Source of the DNA: an uncultured virus (IMG/VR IMGVR_UViG_3300025096_002805)
Lineage: Duplodnaviria; Heunggongvirae; Uroviricota; Caudoviricetes
Length of the DNA stretch: 64,000 nt
Virus record (IMG/VR): IMGVR_UViG_3300025096_002805
Direction: 5' to 3' (one strand)
Part shown: in pieces, positions 17,167 to 28,375 of the stretch
How positions within the stretch are numbered: position 1 is the stretch's first letter
How the letters are laid out: each line of letters begins with the position of its first letter
Program-made: the position numbers and the translations under genes
Notes under the pieces: generated by a model
Seen by the model: only the letters and a program-made list of their open reading frames with translations
The model's database searches: none
Told to the model about the DNA's origin: nothing

Positions 17167-17239
17167 AATTTTTTCTTGTTTCGTTTGCGGGAACTGTTCC
17201 CTGACTACTTCTTAATTATACCAGTACCTGTGCTCAAAG

Positions 17240-18169
17240 TCAAGCAATTAGTTTCAAATAATCAAGTCCTTTTGCTGTTATGTTTCTTCCAGCAGTTGTT
17301 ATCTCCATCAAGGAATGCTTTTGCAAGTAGATTTCAAAATCTCTTTGTACTGCTTGCTTTGAAAGACCAGTTTTTGCAGACAAATTAGTAAGACTGCAAT
17401 CCTTGTGGTCTTTCAGAATGTTGAGCAACTGAATTTCCGTAATGTTCAAGCCAAGAGGGAAGATACTGAGAATCCCGCTCAATTCCTGCCAATCCTTCTG
17501 TTTGAATCCTGTAACCTTTTTCTGTTTGCAATAAGACTCAATCTTTTGAGCCATCTTTTGTGCTGCTCTCGCATTACCGCGCAAGACAGAGGCGATATCC
17601 TGTAATGTTTTTGAATCAATGTCAATGTCGAGGTTCAAATTAACAATCTGACCCATCTCATCCAAGGTGTACTCCTCCAAATCTACACGCTCAAGCCTGT
17701 CCATCAAGGCGTGAAATACGGATTGAGTCTCAGTTGTCGCAAACATGAATGACAGTCTGCGAAAGTCGAAGTCAACCGTATAGTCCTCGTATGAGAAGGT
17801 AGTAAGGTTATCTGGATTGGGATTCAGAATGGTCAACAATGCCATCGTCACATCCTTGGGAATCTCACTACATTCGTCGAACAAGATAGTAGCATCCCTG
17901 TCCTGCATGATTGGAATAACCAACTGATTAAAAAACTGCTTCACATTCTTAATCGTAGAACAGTTAATCTCAAAGTACCTCTTGGCATCGTCAATGCGCT
18001 TGAGCCTACGAGCAACTGCCTTGGCTAATGTCGTTTTGCCGCATCCTTTCGGTGCGACGAACATGAGATGAGGCATGACCTTGGTTTGTTTGAAACCATC
18101 GCAAAAGAAATTAAGAACTCGCTTTGCGTTGTCTTGACCAATGATGCTTGGGAAAAGAGTCGTATCCAT
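17240..18169 (-). CDS. ruvB: RuvB-like AAA+ ATPase
   Basis: IIGQ, PKGCGKTTLA, LFDE, ATTE, DRL, RGNAR and a C-terminal winged-helix region. Confidence 0.75.
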   Translation of the reverse strand: MDTTLFPSIIGQDNAKRVLNFFCDGFKQTKVMPHLMFVAPKGCGKTTLAKAVARRLKRIDDAKRYFEINCSTIKNVKQFFNQLVIPIMQDRDATILFDECSEIPKDVTMALLTILNPNPDNLTTFSYEDYTVDFDFRRLSFMFATTETQSVFHALMDRLERVDLEEYTLDEMGQIVNLNLDIDIDSKTLQDIASVLRGNARAAQKMAQKIESYCKQKKVTGFKQKDWQELSGILSIFPLGLNITEIQLLNILKDHKDCSLTNLSAKTGLSKQAVQRDFEIYLQKHSLMEITTAGRNITAKGLDYLKLIA

Positions 18170-18193
18170 GTGTTAATCTTACTGCTTACTTAA

Positions 18194-18457
18194 TTAAAAG
18201 TCAATGCTTTTGACCTGTACCTTGGCATCCTCCAAGTCAGTCTCCTTCACCTCGACAGGGGCAGCAGCAGAAACATTCGCATAATTAGATATGATACGAT
18301 TGCCTGTCTGGAGTCCAAGTTGCTCGGCGTACTTCCTACCTACCTGTACGATTGCGTCCTCGCGTAACACACGGTTCAATTCGCGTAGGTTGACTTCAAT
18401 AAGACTCGTCGCACCCTTCGTGCGTCCTGAGCCTTTCTTTCTAGTAGTTGTTGGCAT
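18194..18457 (-). CDS. Small hypothetical protein, basic N-terminus
   Basis: RKKGSGRTKGA; has its own promoter. Confidence 0.7.
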   Translation of the reverse strand: MPTTTRKKGSGRTKGATSLIEVNLRELNRVLREDAIVQVGRKYAEQLGLQTGNRIISNYANVSAAAPVEVKETDLEDAKVQVKSIDF

Positions 18458-18702
18458 CTCTTAATAATGCCACAATCTGATGCAAAAGTCAACATTAAAA
18501 TAAAAAAAAATGAATTAAAAAACTTATTTAAATTTTGTATTGATTTGACTATGTTTGATGATATTAGGTTTGATTGTAATTTTTTTAAAGTTTTTTTAAA
18601 AAATAATGATGTTTTAAGAATTTCCTTAAAAGTCATTGTTTTCGGGGCCGCTGCTAATATTTGGCATTAGTTCATTAGTATTTGGTATTAAACCATTCAC
18701 TA

Positions 18703-18895
18703 ATATTACGCCGAAAATCATTCACAAATAGAATAGCAAAATTTAATTAAATTTAATTAAAAATTATCTATGTAATTGTAGTAACGAGTTGGTAGATTTG
18801 CATAGTTATATATTTCGGGCAAAGTCATTCGCAAATAAGGCTTGACTTGTATTCAAGTTTGTGCATTATATTTCGCGCCGATTCATTCACAAATA
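18703..18895. repeat. Three 28-bp direct repeats in an AT-rich non-coding region
   Basis: ATATT(T/A)CG-N7-TCATTC(A/G)CAAATA at 18703, 18810 and 18868. Confidence 0.75.
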
Positions 18896-18970
18896 TGGTA
18901 GGTCGGGTGAGAGTCGAACTCACAACCAATAGCTTAAAAGGCTACTGCTCTACCATTGAGCTACCAACCT
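18896..18970 (-). tRNA. tRNA-Lys(UUU)
   Basis: Cloverleaf with loop CTTTTAA and CCA end. Confidence 0.95.
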
Positions 18971-19387
18971 ATAAAAAAATAAAAAAAATAATATGTTTGT
19001 TAATTTGTTGAGTAGTATTGAATAGTATAATAGAAAAAGGATTAAATGAATTAAATTAAATTTTTAAATTTTTTTAAAAGGGCGGCTATATTTGTAATTA
19101 TATCTTTGCGATACAACCTATCAAATTAAAAAAACTTATTTAAATTTAAATATAAGTTTGTATCTGTTCTCTCATTCGTATCTTCTCAATAATCAATGGT
19201 ATCAGTTACAAGTCCATGTCCATGTGAGTGTAGACATAGGCTCCAAGCACGACAAGTATAAGTAAAAAGTATATCAAATTGTATTCCGTATGTAATATGT
19301 GACAAAGTAAGGGGTTCATATATCAATAAGTAGTAAATCGTTGTGTATCAGTATATTAGTATATCAAAAAGTGAAGCAAAAGTCAAG

Positions 19388-22300
19388 TCATTTCTTATTT
19401 TGTATCCTTTCTAATTTGTATTCCATGTATGGGCTTGAAGAAGGTTTTAAATCCTTGTATGTAGCTTCTGCCTCCTTCTGATTTGCTGCCCAAAAATACA
19501 TATAACTCCACTCGTTACTTTTCTTTGGGCGACTCATTGCCGCGAACTGCTTCAAATTTCTGCCTTTTGCGTCGATAATCTTCACAACAACTCGCTTCTA
19601 ATATCATCTAACATACCACTAATTAGGTTAATCTTGTCTCGCATCTCCAGAACATCTAGCCCTCTTTGTCTGCTTTTCTTTAACATCTTTCGTAAAACAT
19701 TTTTAGCGTGATGCTCGTTCATGTCTCCGACTGCAATTACTTCTCCATCTTCTCTTTTCCAGTATTGTTCTGCTATCATCCTTTTCATTTCTTCTTACGC
19801 TCTTTCTTGCTTGTAGCCGCGCTTCTCTCGGTATTCAACTGCAAACGCTTCTCCGCTCGTTTCTCGGCTAACTTCCAGCGGCGTTTGGTTCTATCTGGAA
19901 CTTCATCTAACTGGTCTGACATCAAACTGGCAATTTCGCTGTATCGTTTGAGTGTTTTTGTGTCCTTTGCGTTGAGAATGGACTCTCGTATTGCTTGTAT
20001 TACCTTCATCTGCAAATCCACTTATTGTTTTCTTCATCAGAAGATTCAACACGATGACCTGTAATAGCCTCCAAGCATCTACAAATCGTACTATGACTCT
20101 GAGACAACCTTACCTCATCCATCACAAACTTTCTTATATCGTCAATATCCACTAACATCCTAGAACCATCAGAGGATAACTGGTAATCCATTAAATCTTT
20201 GTTAAGCATAATTAAATTTAATTAAATTTTTTTAAAAAAGTTCTTTTGGAGTGTTTAAGCTAATCTCTGACACATTCTTCTTTAACCAATCTCGTCTTTC
20301 TTGGTAGTCCTTGTGCATGAGGAAGCTGGTCACGACTCGTTTGGCTACTGTCTCTGGAATATCAACTATGACTTCTTTTTCCTCTTGAGTGTCGAAATGC
20401 CAACTGATAGGGATTTTTAACTTCATTGAAAGTTCGGAGGAACATTGGTATCGAAATCTTGGCAACATTGAGAATCATTCTCTTGATAGTTGAAATGCTT
20501 TTCGATTGAATCCTCGTCGAAACCGATTGTAAGGGCCATCGACATAATAATATCTTTAAACTCCTCAATGGTATTCGTTGCTGTTTCAAAGGAGCAGACC
20601 TTATCTCCTTTCTTAATTGTGATTTCGATTGTGTTATCGTCCTTGTCCACGGTATTGTTTGACATAATTTTTACTGTTTTTGTTCCAACTTGATTTGGTT
20701 TTTGCATTGACTCCTTTTCTTTTCTTCTTGTTCCCGCCGAAAGTAATTTTACTTGTTGATGTTTTCTTTACCATTTTCGTCTTTCAATATGAAGCTCAAA
20801 CCGTTGAGCCTATCGTAAATCTCTTGCAGTTGGTCACGATAATGTTTTTGTGTCCATCCATCGTTGTAGCCGCTTGTCGCTTCTGTAATCCACTTTTCGA
20901 TGGTTCCAAGTGTGTCTGCTTGAATGAAATTACTTGCTTGCATAAGGGATTTCTTTCACCTTGTTTCCTGTCATATCTTCAACTGTTTCTCGGACATAAT
21001 CAAGAATCTCAGAAAATTGAGTTAGACTGTATTTCCTTGGTATCTGTCCTTGCAAAGCATAGTTATGAGGTATTGGCGTATTGTTCCAGCGGGAAAACAT
21101 CGGCAATGTAATCTTCGCTTCTGCTTGGCAGTAGTCATAACTCTGCTTATGGTTGCCGCTACCGAAAGTCCTCGTCTTTAACTCATCCCGAAAGTAGACA
21201 GTAACAATACCTCTCGTTTGATTGTTGATTCTTACCGTGACGGCATCGTAAGGGAACTTTACAGTCTTTGTCCTTGCAATGACATTGTTAGGGTTGATGT
21301 TGGGGTTGGTATTAACCAGACCATTTTTTTCCCAATATACTTGTGAAGCTATCTTATCCATATACTTATCTTACCATGTACTTCACCTAATGTCAAGCAC
21401 CAAAACTTAAAAACTCTTTTTCTGTTAATTCTACAACTGCTTTGCCCAAGTACATCTGACCCATGTGTGTTTCCATCTCTAATCCATTTACTGTATATTC
21501 ATCCGAGTCCTTCTCTACTTGATTTAACCAAATATCCCATGCTGTCCTCCAGCTAACATAGGCAGTAAGGTTGTCGGTGAAGTAGTAGAAGGTATGTTTT
21601 TTCAAAACATTTTAATTCATTTTTAAAAATGGGGTCGGGGTAAAGCGAAGCACGACATTCGATGACTTTTCCTCATTAAGTAATTTGAGTTCTCCTTCAA
21701 ACTGCAATGACTCTGCCTCAACGGTGATGAAGTCAATTTGAAGATGATAGTTTTCCTTTTTGTGAGTTATGATGTGGGAATTATGTCCAGAAAAATGTAT
21801 ATTTGCGTCATTAAATAACTTTTTTTCTTTAACAAATTCCTCGTTATCAGACTCCAGTATCCTTATCTTGCCTTGCATCTCCTTCAATGATTGATTCAAT
21901 ATGCTGAATGTCGATAATTATCTCGTTAAGAGAATACTCTACATCGCGCTTTGTTTCCCCAAAAATGAATGATAAGTCAAGGGTTTCAAGACTACCAATC
22001 GCTTCTGCTAATATACTTAATGCTGATTGTTGCTTATCCATGATGAATTTTCTTTTGTATAATTGTTTCTAATGCTTTGAACTTGTATTTCGGTAAGTAT
22101 CCGACTTGTAGTTTGGTATTTGGTTTAACTGTTTCTTCCGCTGAGTAGTCCAAGAAACCTTCTTCACCAAGGTATGAGACTATGTTGCCTACTTCTTCCT
22201 CAGACGGTATATCCGCTCCATCCTTGCTAATGGATATGCAGACCTCTCTTGGGCTTCGTAGCCTCTGGACAATAATGTTCCAATTGAACAACTGAAGTCC

Positions 22301-24892
22301 CGTATGGTAATCTCCTTCTTTTGCTATCATTTCTCCAAACAATAAGACCAGTAGCGAGAGTTGCGTTTGTTCTGGTTCCTGTCCCAATACAGGCATCTTG
22401 CAATGTAGGAAGGCACTCGCTTCGCTTCGCATTGCTTGAGCCAATCTACCTCAATGTTCTTATACTGCTTCGCATCCTTTGTCTGGTCAAGGCCATAGAA
22501 CTGGAATAGGTGAGTGTCCATGCAAGTAACCTCGCACTCATTTGGAAACGCCATTTCCAGACCGAAACTGGTTTTCGCGTTACCCAATCCAAGAATCTTT
22601 TTCACCAGATGGTCGCGCCAATCAACCCAAGTCCTTTGACTACGGTTTAAAAAGTCATCAACATTGTTCCAAAACTTCTCCTTGAAGTCCATGATGAAGC
22701 GTGTTCTCTGGTTCTGAAAACCAACTCTTGACTTTTCAATCTTTTGAAACAACTTACTCTTATCGTTTTCCCAATGCTTAAAACGCTTAATAGCTTGGTA
22801 TCCTCTTACATTATTCTTCCATGTAGTATGGACGCTCATGTAAGCAAACAACCAACGCTGGTAATGTTCATCTTCATTCTTGGGGGCAACGCTCTGCCAA
22901 TACTCCATGTAGCGGCAAACATCCTCTGGCTTGATTGAGTCGAAAAACTCTTTTCCTTTTGTGGTAAGCATATCCTTCCCTTAATATACATAATTCTTAC
23001 TCACTTGTCAAGGCTTAATTTTAATGATTCCAAAAGTCTCCAAAGTAAGTAATGTACTGTTCCTCAATTTCTTCGTCTGCCATGTTGTCGTACCCTTTGC
23101 AACCTTCCATAAGAATAGAGTAGGTTGTATGCAAGTCAAGCAACTCAATTTCCCTTTTCGCCAGAGCATACTTCATTTCATCTATCGACATTAGTTCTCC
23201 TCCATGTAGTAGACTTTGTATGTATTGTCCATTTTCACGATAACATAATCGTGATGTTCCGCGAAGTCCTTCTGGTATGCCATTGCTTCGCCTTTTGTCT
23301 CAAAGAAAGCGTCAGGCACATCGGCGTTTGCGTCTATGACATAGTAATTGTGTGTTGCTTTCCAGCCTCCATCGTACTGTTCTTGAGCTTCCCATTCGTA
23401 TTGTATGGGAGTCGGAGGAATGTGCCTCCACTTCCATGTCCTGCAACCGCATGACAAGATTAGAATAACGAAAATCCAAATCCAATAGTCTCCTATCACT
23501 AATCCTAATTTTTTAAATAAGTTCATTTCTTTTCTTAAAAGAATAGACTTCCCGCATCGGACTGATGCCTTTGACTGTCCTTCTTCGTTTCATTTCTTGC
23601 CTGTTCAAAATTTCGTGTTATGATTCTGGCAAACTCATCCTGTATGTTTTTTGGAAAAGGCCAATCTGCATCAAGCAAGTAGAAAGCAATATCTTCTTTA
23701 ATTTTTTCCTCTAACTTTTTTGAATCCATTTTTTAAATTTTTTAAAAAGTGTGAACGAAGATAGGAGTGAAATCTCCGACATAAGAACTTACAACATTAA
23801 ACTCCATGTACTCATGGGATTCATCGTAAGTCATTCCGTCCCTCTCTATTAAAACGGTCATACATTTGTCATAGTCATATACCGCGCAACTTCCCGCTGC
23901 ATCGTAGCCAATGATTGCCGCATCATAACCATCTGCGAATAACGCCTCTGGATTAAGGTCTGCTATCTGTTCTTTTTTTGTTAATGCCGTCAAAGACTCA
24001 TCGCTCATTTTGTCTGTATCCATATCGCTGTAATAAGTGTCTGCGAATCTATGTTGTCCTCTCATCCTCTTGGTTTGGTTGGTGATGAAACTATATTGTT
24101 CTTGTTTTCGTTGCCGCATTTGTCGCAGTTGAATGTTAGCACATCTTTGCCGTAAGAATCTTCTTCTATTCCCGCAAAGCTAACTTCGTCAGCGTCTTTC
24201 CACTCAAGGCAATCCTCGCACCATACCCAATTTTTTAAATCTCCGAATGTCATTAGTGCGTAGCCTCCAAATTTTCTATATGCTCGATATGAAATTGACC
24301 AGCGGTAATATAATCTTTGGGTACATCTTTTTCCAATTTTTTTATCGCTTCTTCTTCTGCTTCCAAAACATTCTCCGCTTTTACAATATAAGTGAGATTC
24401 TTATCAACCGTTGTGATTTTAACTTCGTAGGTCATTGTTTCGTAGAATAATACTGGTCTTGTTGTGATTCGTGTTCTGGATGTGAAGATAGGTTCTTTGA
24501 GCAAATAATAAGAGACTGCTCATACTCATTCAATGCTTTCGCTATGACCGAGGCTAACTCATTGCTTCGTTTGCGTTCCTTCCTCTCGTATCCTTCTCCT
24601 ACGAAAATAGATTCTGGTTTAACATTTGAAGTTACCCAAATCTCCGCGCCTCGTTTTCTTTTTTCAACTGTCCAAATCATCCTATGTCATTAAATTTTGC
24701 TGTAATCTCGCTTTGTCCATTGCTGTTAGCTTTTTCAATAATATCCTCAAGGGAATCCTTTACCATTGTCCTTCCCCATCTAGTAGTGATGACGGTATTG
24801 TGGCTACCTTGTTCGATTGAAACAACCGTATCAAGATTAAAAAGTATATCTTCTTTTGTGTCTGAATTTGTTACTGTTATCAAATGTGCCAT
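19388..24892 (-). other. Run of about 20 small, often translationally coupled hypothetical phage genes
   Basis: Abutting 60-140 aa minus-strand ORFs with sigma70 promoters at about 21368-21396 and 23006. Confidence 0.75.
22327..22971 (-). CDS. HhH-family DNA glycosylase/AP lyase-like protein (Ogg2-like)
   Basis: LVKKILGLGNAKTSF...CMDTHL...Y..IE. Confidence 0.6.
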   Translation of the reverse strand: MLTTKGKEFFDSIKPEDVCRYMEYWQSVAPKNEDEHYQRWLFAYMSVHTTWKNNVRGYQAIKRFKHWENDKSKLFQKIEKSRVGFQNQRTRFIMDFKEKFWNNVDDFLNRSQRTWVDWRDHLVKKILGLGNAKTSFGLEMAFPNECEVTCMDTHLFQFYGLDQTKDAKQYKNIEVDWLKQCEAKRVPSYIARCLYWDRNQNKRNSRYWSYCLEK

Positions 24893-24915
24893 TTTAAAAT
24901 TTTAAAAAAAAAGAA

Positions 24916-24941
24916 AGTGGGGAGACAAAAGCCTCCCCACT
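24916..24941 (-). terminator. Intrinsic terminator after rIIB
   Basis: agtggggag / ctccccact stem with a T-run on the minus strand. Confidence 0.8.
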
Positions 24942-24953
24942 AGGATACGATTA

Positions 24954-25835
24954 CTACTTACTGAAACGACCTAGCTTATCCCGATTGGGTAGCTTTTGGG
25001 CCGTCTTGGGAACACTCGTTCCCAAAGTTGATTTCGCAGCATTGAATCCTGCATCGTAACCAGCATCGTAACCATCTTCGGACTCATCATCGTCCAAATC
25101 ATCATCGTAATCACCGTATTCGTCGCACAACGGTTCTTCCAGCTTGCGCTCAAACAAGGAGACTACCTTGTATTTGCAAGTGCGTAACTTTTGGCAGTCA
25201 CAATCAGTAGGAACCGAAACTACATCAGCAGGGTCGATTTCTACAACCATGAGGTTGCCGCCATTACCGTATCCCTTGGCATAGTCCAAGCTACCAGCAT
25301 GGAAACCGTCAGAACAACCAATATCTGCATTATCACAAACACCATTGCGCGACATTTCCAAGGTCTGACCAACTGTATTGTCGTATTTGCCACTATACCA
25401 ATCGGTAAAGTTGCTCTTAACTCCCTTGTAGGCAAGAAAATTACCGTCAGGGGTTAGTGGCATCGCCTTATGCTCAAGGAAGGAGTAAAGTTCCTGAGTC
25501 GCTCGCCTTGATGGGTTGCTCATCAGTTTGTCGAGAAACCTGACGAGTGGCTTATATGGCAAGCCTTTTCGCATGAAGTCGAGGATTCGACCAACAACAT
25601 GACCATGCACTTCTTCGTCTTTGTACCTCACAACACCAGAGGTTACAGATACATTGCCATCAGCATAATCTTCGACCGCTTTGCTTGTGTCAAAAAGTTG
25701 CTCCAATTTCTCCGAGTCCTCATCGCTGAGTGCTTGAGTTGCTTGATGGAAGGCAGGGTTAGTGCTGTCCATCGTGTACGCCTTACCGTTTACAACAACG
25801 GTTAGCGAGTTATCAGTTAGTATGTATGGTATCAT
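24954..25835 (-). CDS. rIIB: rIIB-like protein
   Basis: LM.NPS, LTPDGNFLAYKGV, CSDGFH, DPADVVSVP, KLRTCKY. Confidence 0.88.
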   Translation of the reverse strand: MIPYILTDNSLTVVVNGKAYTMDSTNPAFHQATQALSDEDSEKLEQLFDTSKAVEDYADGNVSVTSGVVRYKDEEVHGHVVGRILDFMRKGLPYKPLVRFLDKLMSNPSRRATQELYSFLEHKAMPLTPDGNFLAYKGVKSNFTDWYSGKYDNTVGQTLEMSRNGVCDNADIGCSDGFHAGSLDYAKGYGNGGNLMVVEIDPADVVSVPTDCDCQKLRTCKYKVVSLFERKLEEPLCDEYGDYDDDLDDDESEDGYDAGYDAGFNAAKSTLGTSVPKTAQKLPNRDKLGRFSK

Positions 25836-25871
25836 ATTCTTTTTACCTTATCTTCTTATCCTAATGTAAAC

Positions 25872-28172
25872 TTACTTGCTTGTCAAGTTCCAAGTTGAAT
25901 CAATTACATTCACATAATTAACGCAATCATAGACCCAATCCTTGCCGCTTCCGCCCCAACTCCGAAAATAATCATCGTCAATGCGAGCAAGCATGGGGTA
26001 CTTGTCCTTGCACCGAATTACGATTGATGCGTACTCGTTGTAAACCTCATCTCGGATTTCCTTGTCCTGCAAGTTAGCTTTTTGTAGCCAATCTCCAAGT
26101 GCGTTAATCATCTTTTCGAGTTCCTTCTTGTCTTTGTTGTGACTTTTTTCTTGAAAGAAAATGAACAAATCATTCAAGTCAGACTTTTCGTTTAAACCTA
26201 ACAGTTTCCAATCTGTCTCTTTGTCATGGTCTGTCATGGCGGCACAAAGGTTAGCCCAATGTCGGTCTATCTCTGATGCGCTAGAATGGTTTGACCTATG
26301 AGAGTAGCCTTCGTTGACACTCTGAGTAAATACTCGTTCAACAAGTTTACGATGTAATTCTTCGCCAAACTTCTGCTTGACTTGGTTAATTACCCAATCC
26401 TCAAGCTGAGTCCAATTCTTCTTACCTTTAACCTTGCCTATCTTTGAGCTTTTGAAAGCGTAGACCTTTGGCAATTTGATACCTAGTGCGTCACAAGCGT
26501 AGTTGACGCTTTTGGCATAGCGAATAGGATGGGATTCTACTGAGCCTCTAACTTGAATGTTGAATCTGTCAATCTCGACATAGATTCCATTCTTTACTGA
26601 GTCAACATCTATTGTTGACTCGGTGAAGTGTCTGCTCCTGAGAGCATCCCAATTACTGCCTTGCGAGGCATCTTCAATGTCGTACTCAAACTCCTTGGTA
26701 GTGTGCTTGCTGGACTTGACCCCACTCCCGCCAGTTGCGTTTGAACCGTAAATCTCTGATAGCTTTACTTTTGGCAAAGATGTTAGCTTGGTGAAACTCT
26801 TTGTCCCTGCCTTACTGTAAAACTCTGTCGCGGCTTGCTTATTTTTAAATGATAATAAAAATACTCGCTTGTAGAGGGTATCTTCTTCTGGTCTTGAGTC
26901 GTACTTTTTGACCAATGGATGTATGCGATTGGACAGACCCATGCCGTTAGTGGAATTAGCACGGTCATCAATGATAAGAATTGTGTCATCATCGCATAAG
27001 ACCGATTGGGTTTCGTCCATCTTGACTCTCTTGCTGTTTGAATACTGGTATGGTTCAGCAAATTGCCTGACTATCGCATCATCTTTTTTAGCAAAGGTGA
27101 AATGGTTATCACTCACCTTTTTACCATTCCAGAAAATTGTGTTATGGTCGATGACACTCCTGAGAACATGACCTAATCCTCCATGTTTAAACAGTTTCCC
27201 GTAAGTGGTTTTTGCTTCCCAAAGATTTTTACAGTCCTTCATTTCTTCTCCGACTTTCTTGGGGATTTGTTTGGAGACTGACTTCAATCTCTTGGTGATG
27301 GTGCGTTTGGTTTCGTCGGTGTACTGTAACGCTTCGCGGCTTGCCGAAATATCCAAGTCTCCAATCTCGAAATAGAGGCACAAAGATACCTCGTCAACTA
27401 GGGAATACTCATTAGTGCCATACGATAAGTCCAAAGCACTCGTACTTATAGGATAGGCTATATTGCCCATGACCGCAACTGAATTACCAGACTTTCTGAT
27501 AGTCCAATCGTCTGAGAACATTAACGACTCGGCATCTTCACCGTAGAAGTTTTCCTCATCTGCCCCTTCTATCTCTGGTCTAACTTTAAAATGAGAGAAA
27601 AGAGATAACGCTTTGTCTCTGAAAGCTGAGAAATCTCCTTCTTTTGCTGGTATGACAATCTCAATGCCATCTCTCTCATTAGTTTTTTCTGCTGCCATCT
27701 TTGAAATTTGACCAATCTGAGTATGGTCAATGAAGGCGTTGTAGGAAGTTTTTTCTCCCTTAACGAATGAGTTGATAACGAAATTATCCCCATAAGCGAA
27801 AGCACTCTTGCTGCCCAGACCTAATTGTCCGATTTGTTCGTTTGTCCCGCGCTTGGTGCTTTCACCGTACATGGCATAGATTTGACCAATCTCTTTTTCT
27901 GTCAAACCTCGACCATAATCTCGTACCTTGAAGTATGGGGAAAGTTGATTAGGTATAGTAACTTTGATTGGGGCATCAATCTTACCTACCTCTGTATGAG
28001 CGTCAACCGCATTACAAGAATACTCCCGAATTACTGCGAGTACCTTGTCTGAGTATAACTGGTTGCGTAATACATTGAAAATATGAGCAAGTCCCTCTTT
28101 CTTGATTCCAAAAGAATAAGACTTGAAATCTTGAGACTGCTTAACCGTGTTTTGTTTTGGCTTCGTAATCAT
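25872..28172 (-). CDS. rIIA: rIIA-like protein (GHKL N-terminal domain)
   Basis: LYSDKVLAVIREYSCNAVDAH, RDYGRGL, GLGSKSAFAY, SREALQY; adjacent to rIIB. Confidence 0.9.
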   Translation of the reverse strand: MITKPKQNTVKQSQDFKSYSFGIKKEGLAHIFNVLRNQLYSDKVLAVIREYSCNAVDAHTEVGKIDAPIKVTIPNQLSPYFKVRDYGRGLTEKEIGQIYAMYGESTKRGTNEQIGQLGLGSKSAFAYGDNFVINSFVKGEKTSYNAFIDHTQIGQISKMAAEKTNERDGIEIVIPAKEGDFSAFRDKALSLFSHFKVRPEIEGADEENFYGEDAESLMFSDDWTIRKSGNSVAVMGNIAYPISTSALDLSYGTNEYSLVDEVSLCLYFEIGDLDISASREALQYTDETKRTITKRLKSVSKQIPKKVGEEMKDCKNLWEAKTTYGKLFKHGGLGHVLRSVIDHNTIFWNGKKVSDNHFTFAKKDDAIVRQFAEPYQYSNSKRVKMDETQSVLCDDDTILIIDDRANSTNGMGLSNRIHPLVKKYDSRPEEDTLYKRVFLLSFKNKQAATEFYSKAGTKSFTKLTSLPKVKLSEIYGSNATGGSGVKSSKHTTKEFEYDIEDASQGSNWDALRSRHFTESTIDVDSVKNGIYVEIDRFNIQVRGSVESHPIRYAKSVNYACDALGIKLPKVYAFKSSKIGKVKGKKNWTQLEDWVINQVKQKFGEELHRKLVERVFTQSVNEGYSHRSNHSSASEIDRHWANLCAAMTDHDKETDWKLLGLNEKSDLNDLFIFFQEKSHNKDKKELEKMINALGDWLQKANLQDKEIRDEVYNEYASIVIRCKDKYPMLARIDDDYFRSWGGSGKDWVYDCVNYVNVIDSTWNLTSK

Positions 28173-28375
28173 AACCTTCTTACAGGATACATTACCCTGA
28201 GCAGTTTGTCAAGCATATTTTTTAAGAAGGTTCGATTTTAAATTTTTCTTTGTATTCCCTTGTGATTTTCCTCACATACTTTTCAGCGGCTTCTAGCCCT
28301 TCGTCTGTATGTGGGAACGCACCAAATAGTCGGTTGCCTCTTTTTGATAGAACCAAATAGACTTGATGGTTTTTT

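Larger units (their letters stand above)
13381..18492 (-). promoter_or_regulatory. Cluster of 9 minus-strand sigma70-type early promoters
   Basis: 17-bp-spaced -35/-10 pairs at 13381-13409, 14177-14205, 14458-14486, 15595-15623, 16309-16337, 16516-16544, 17215-17243, 18176-18204 and 18464-18492. Confidence 0.88.
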
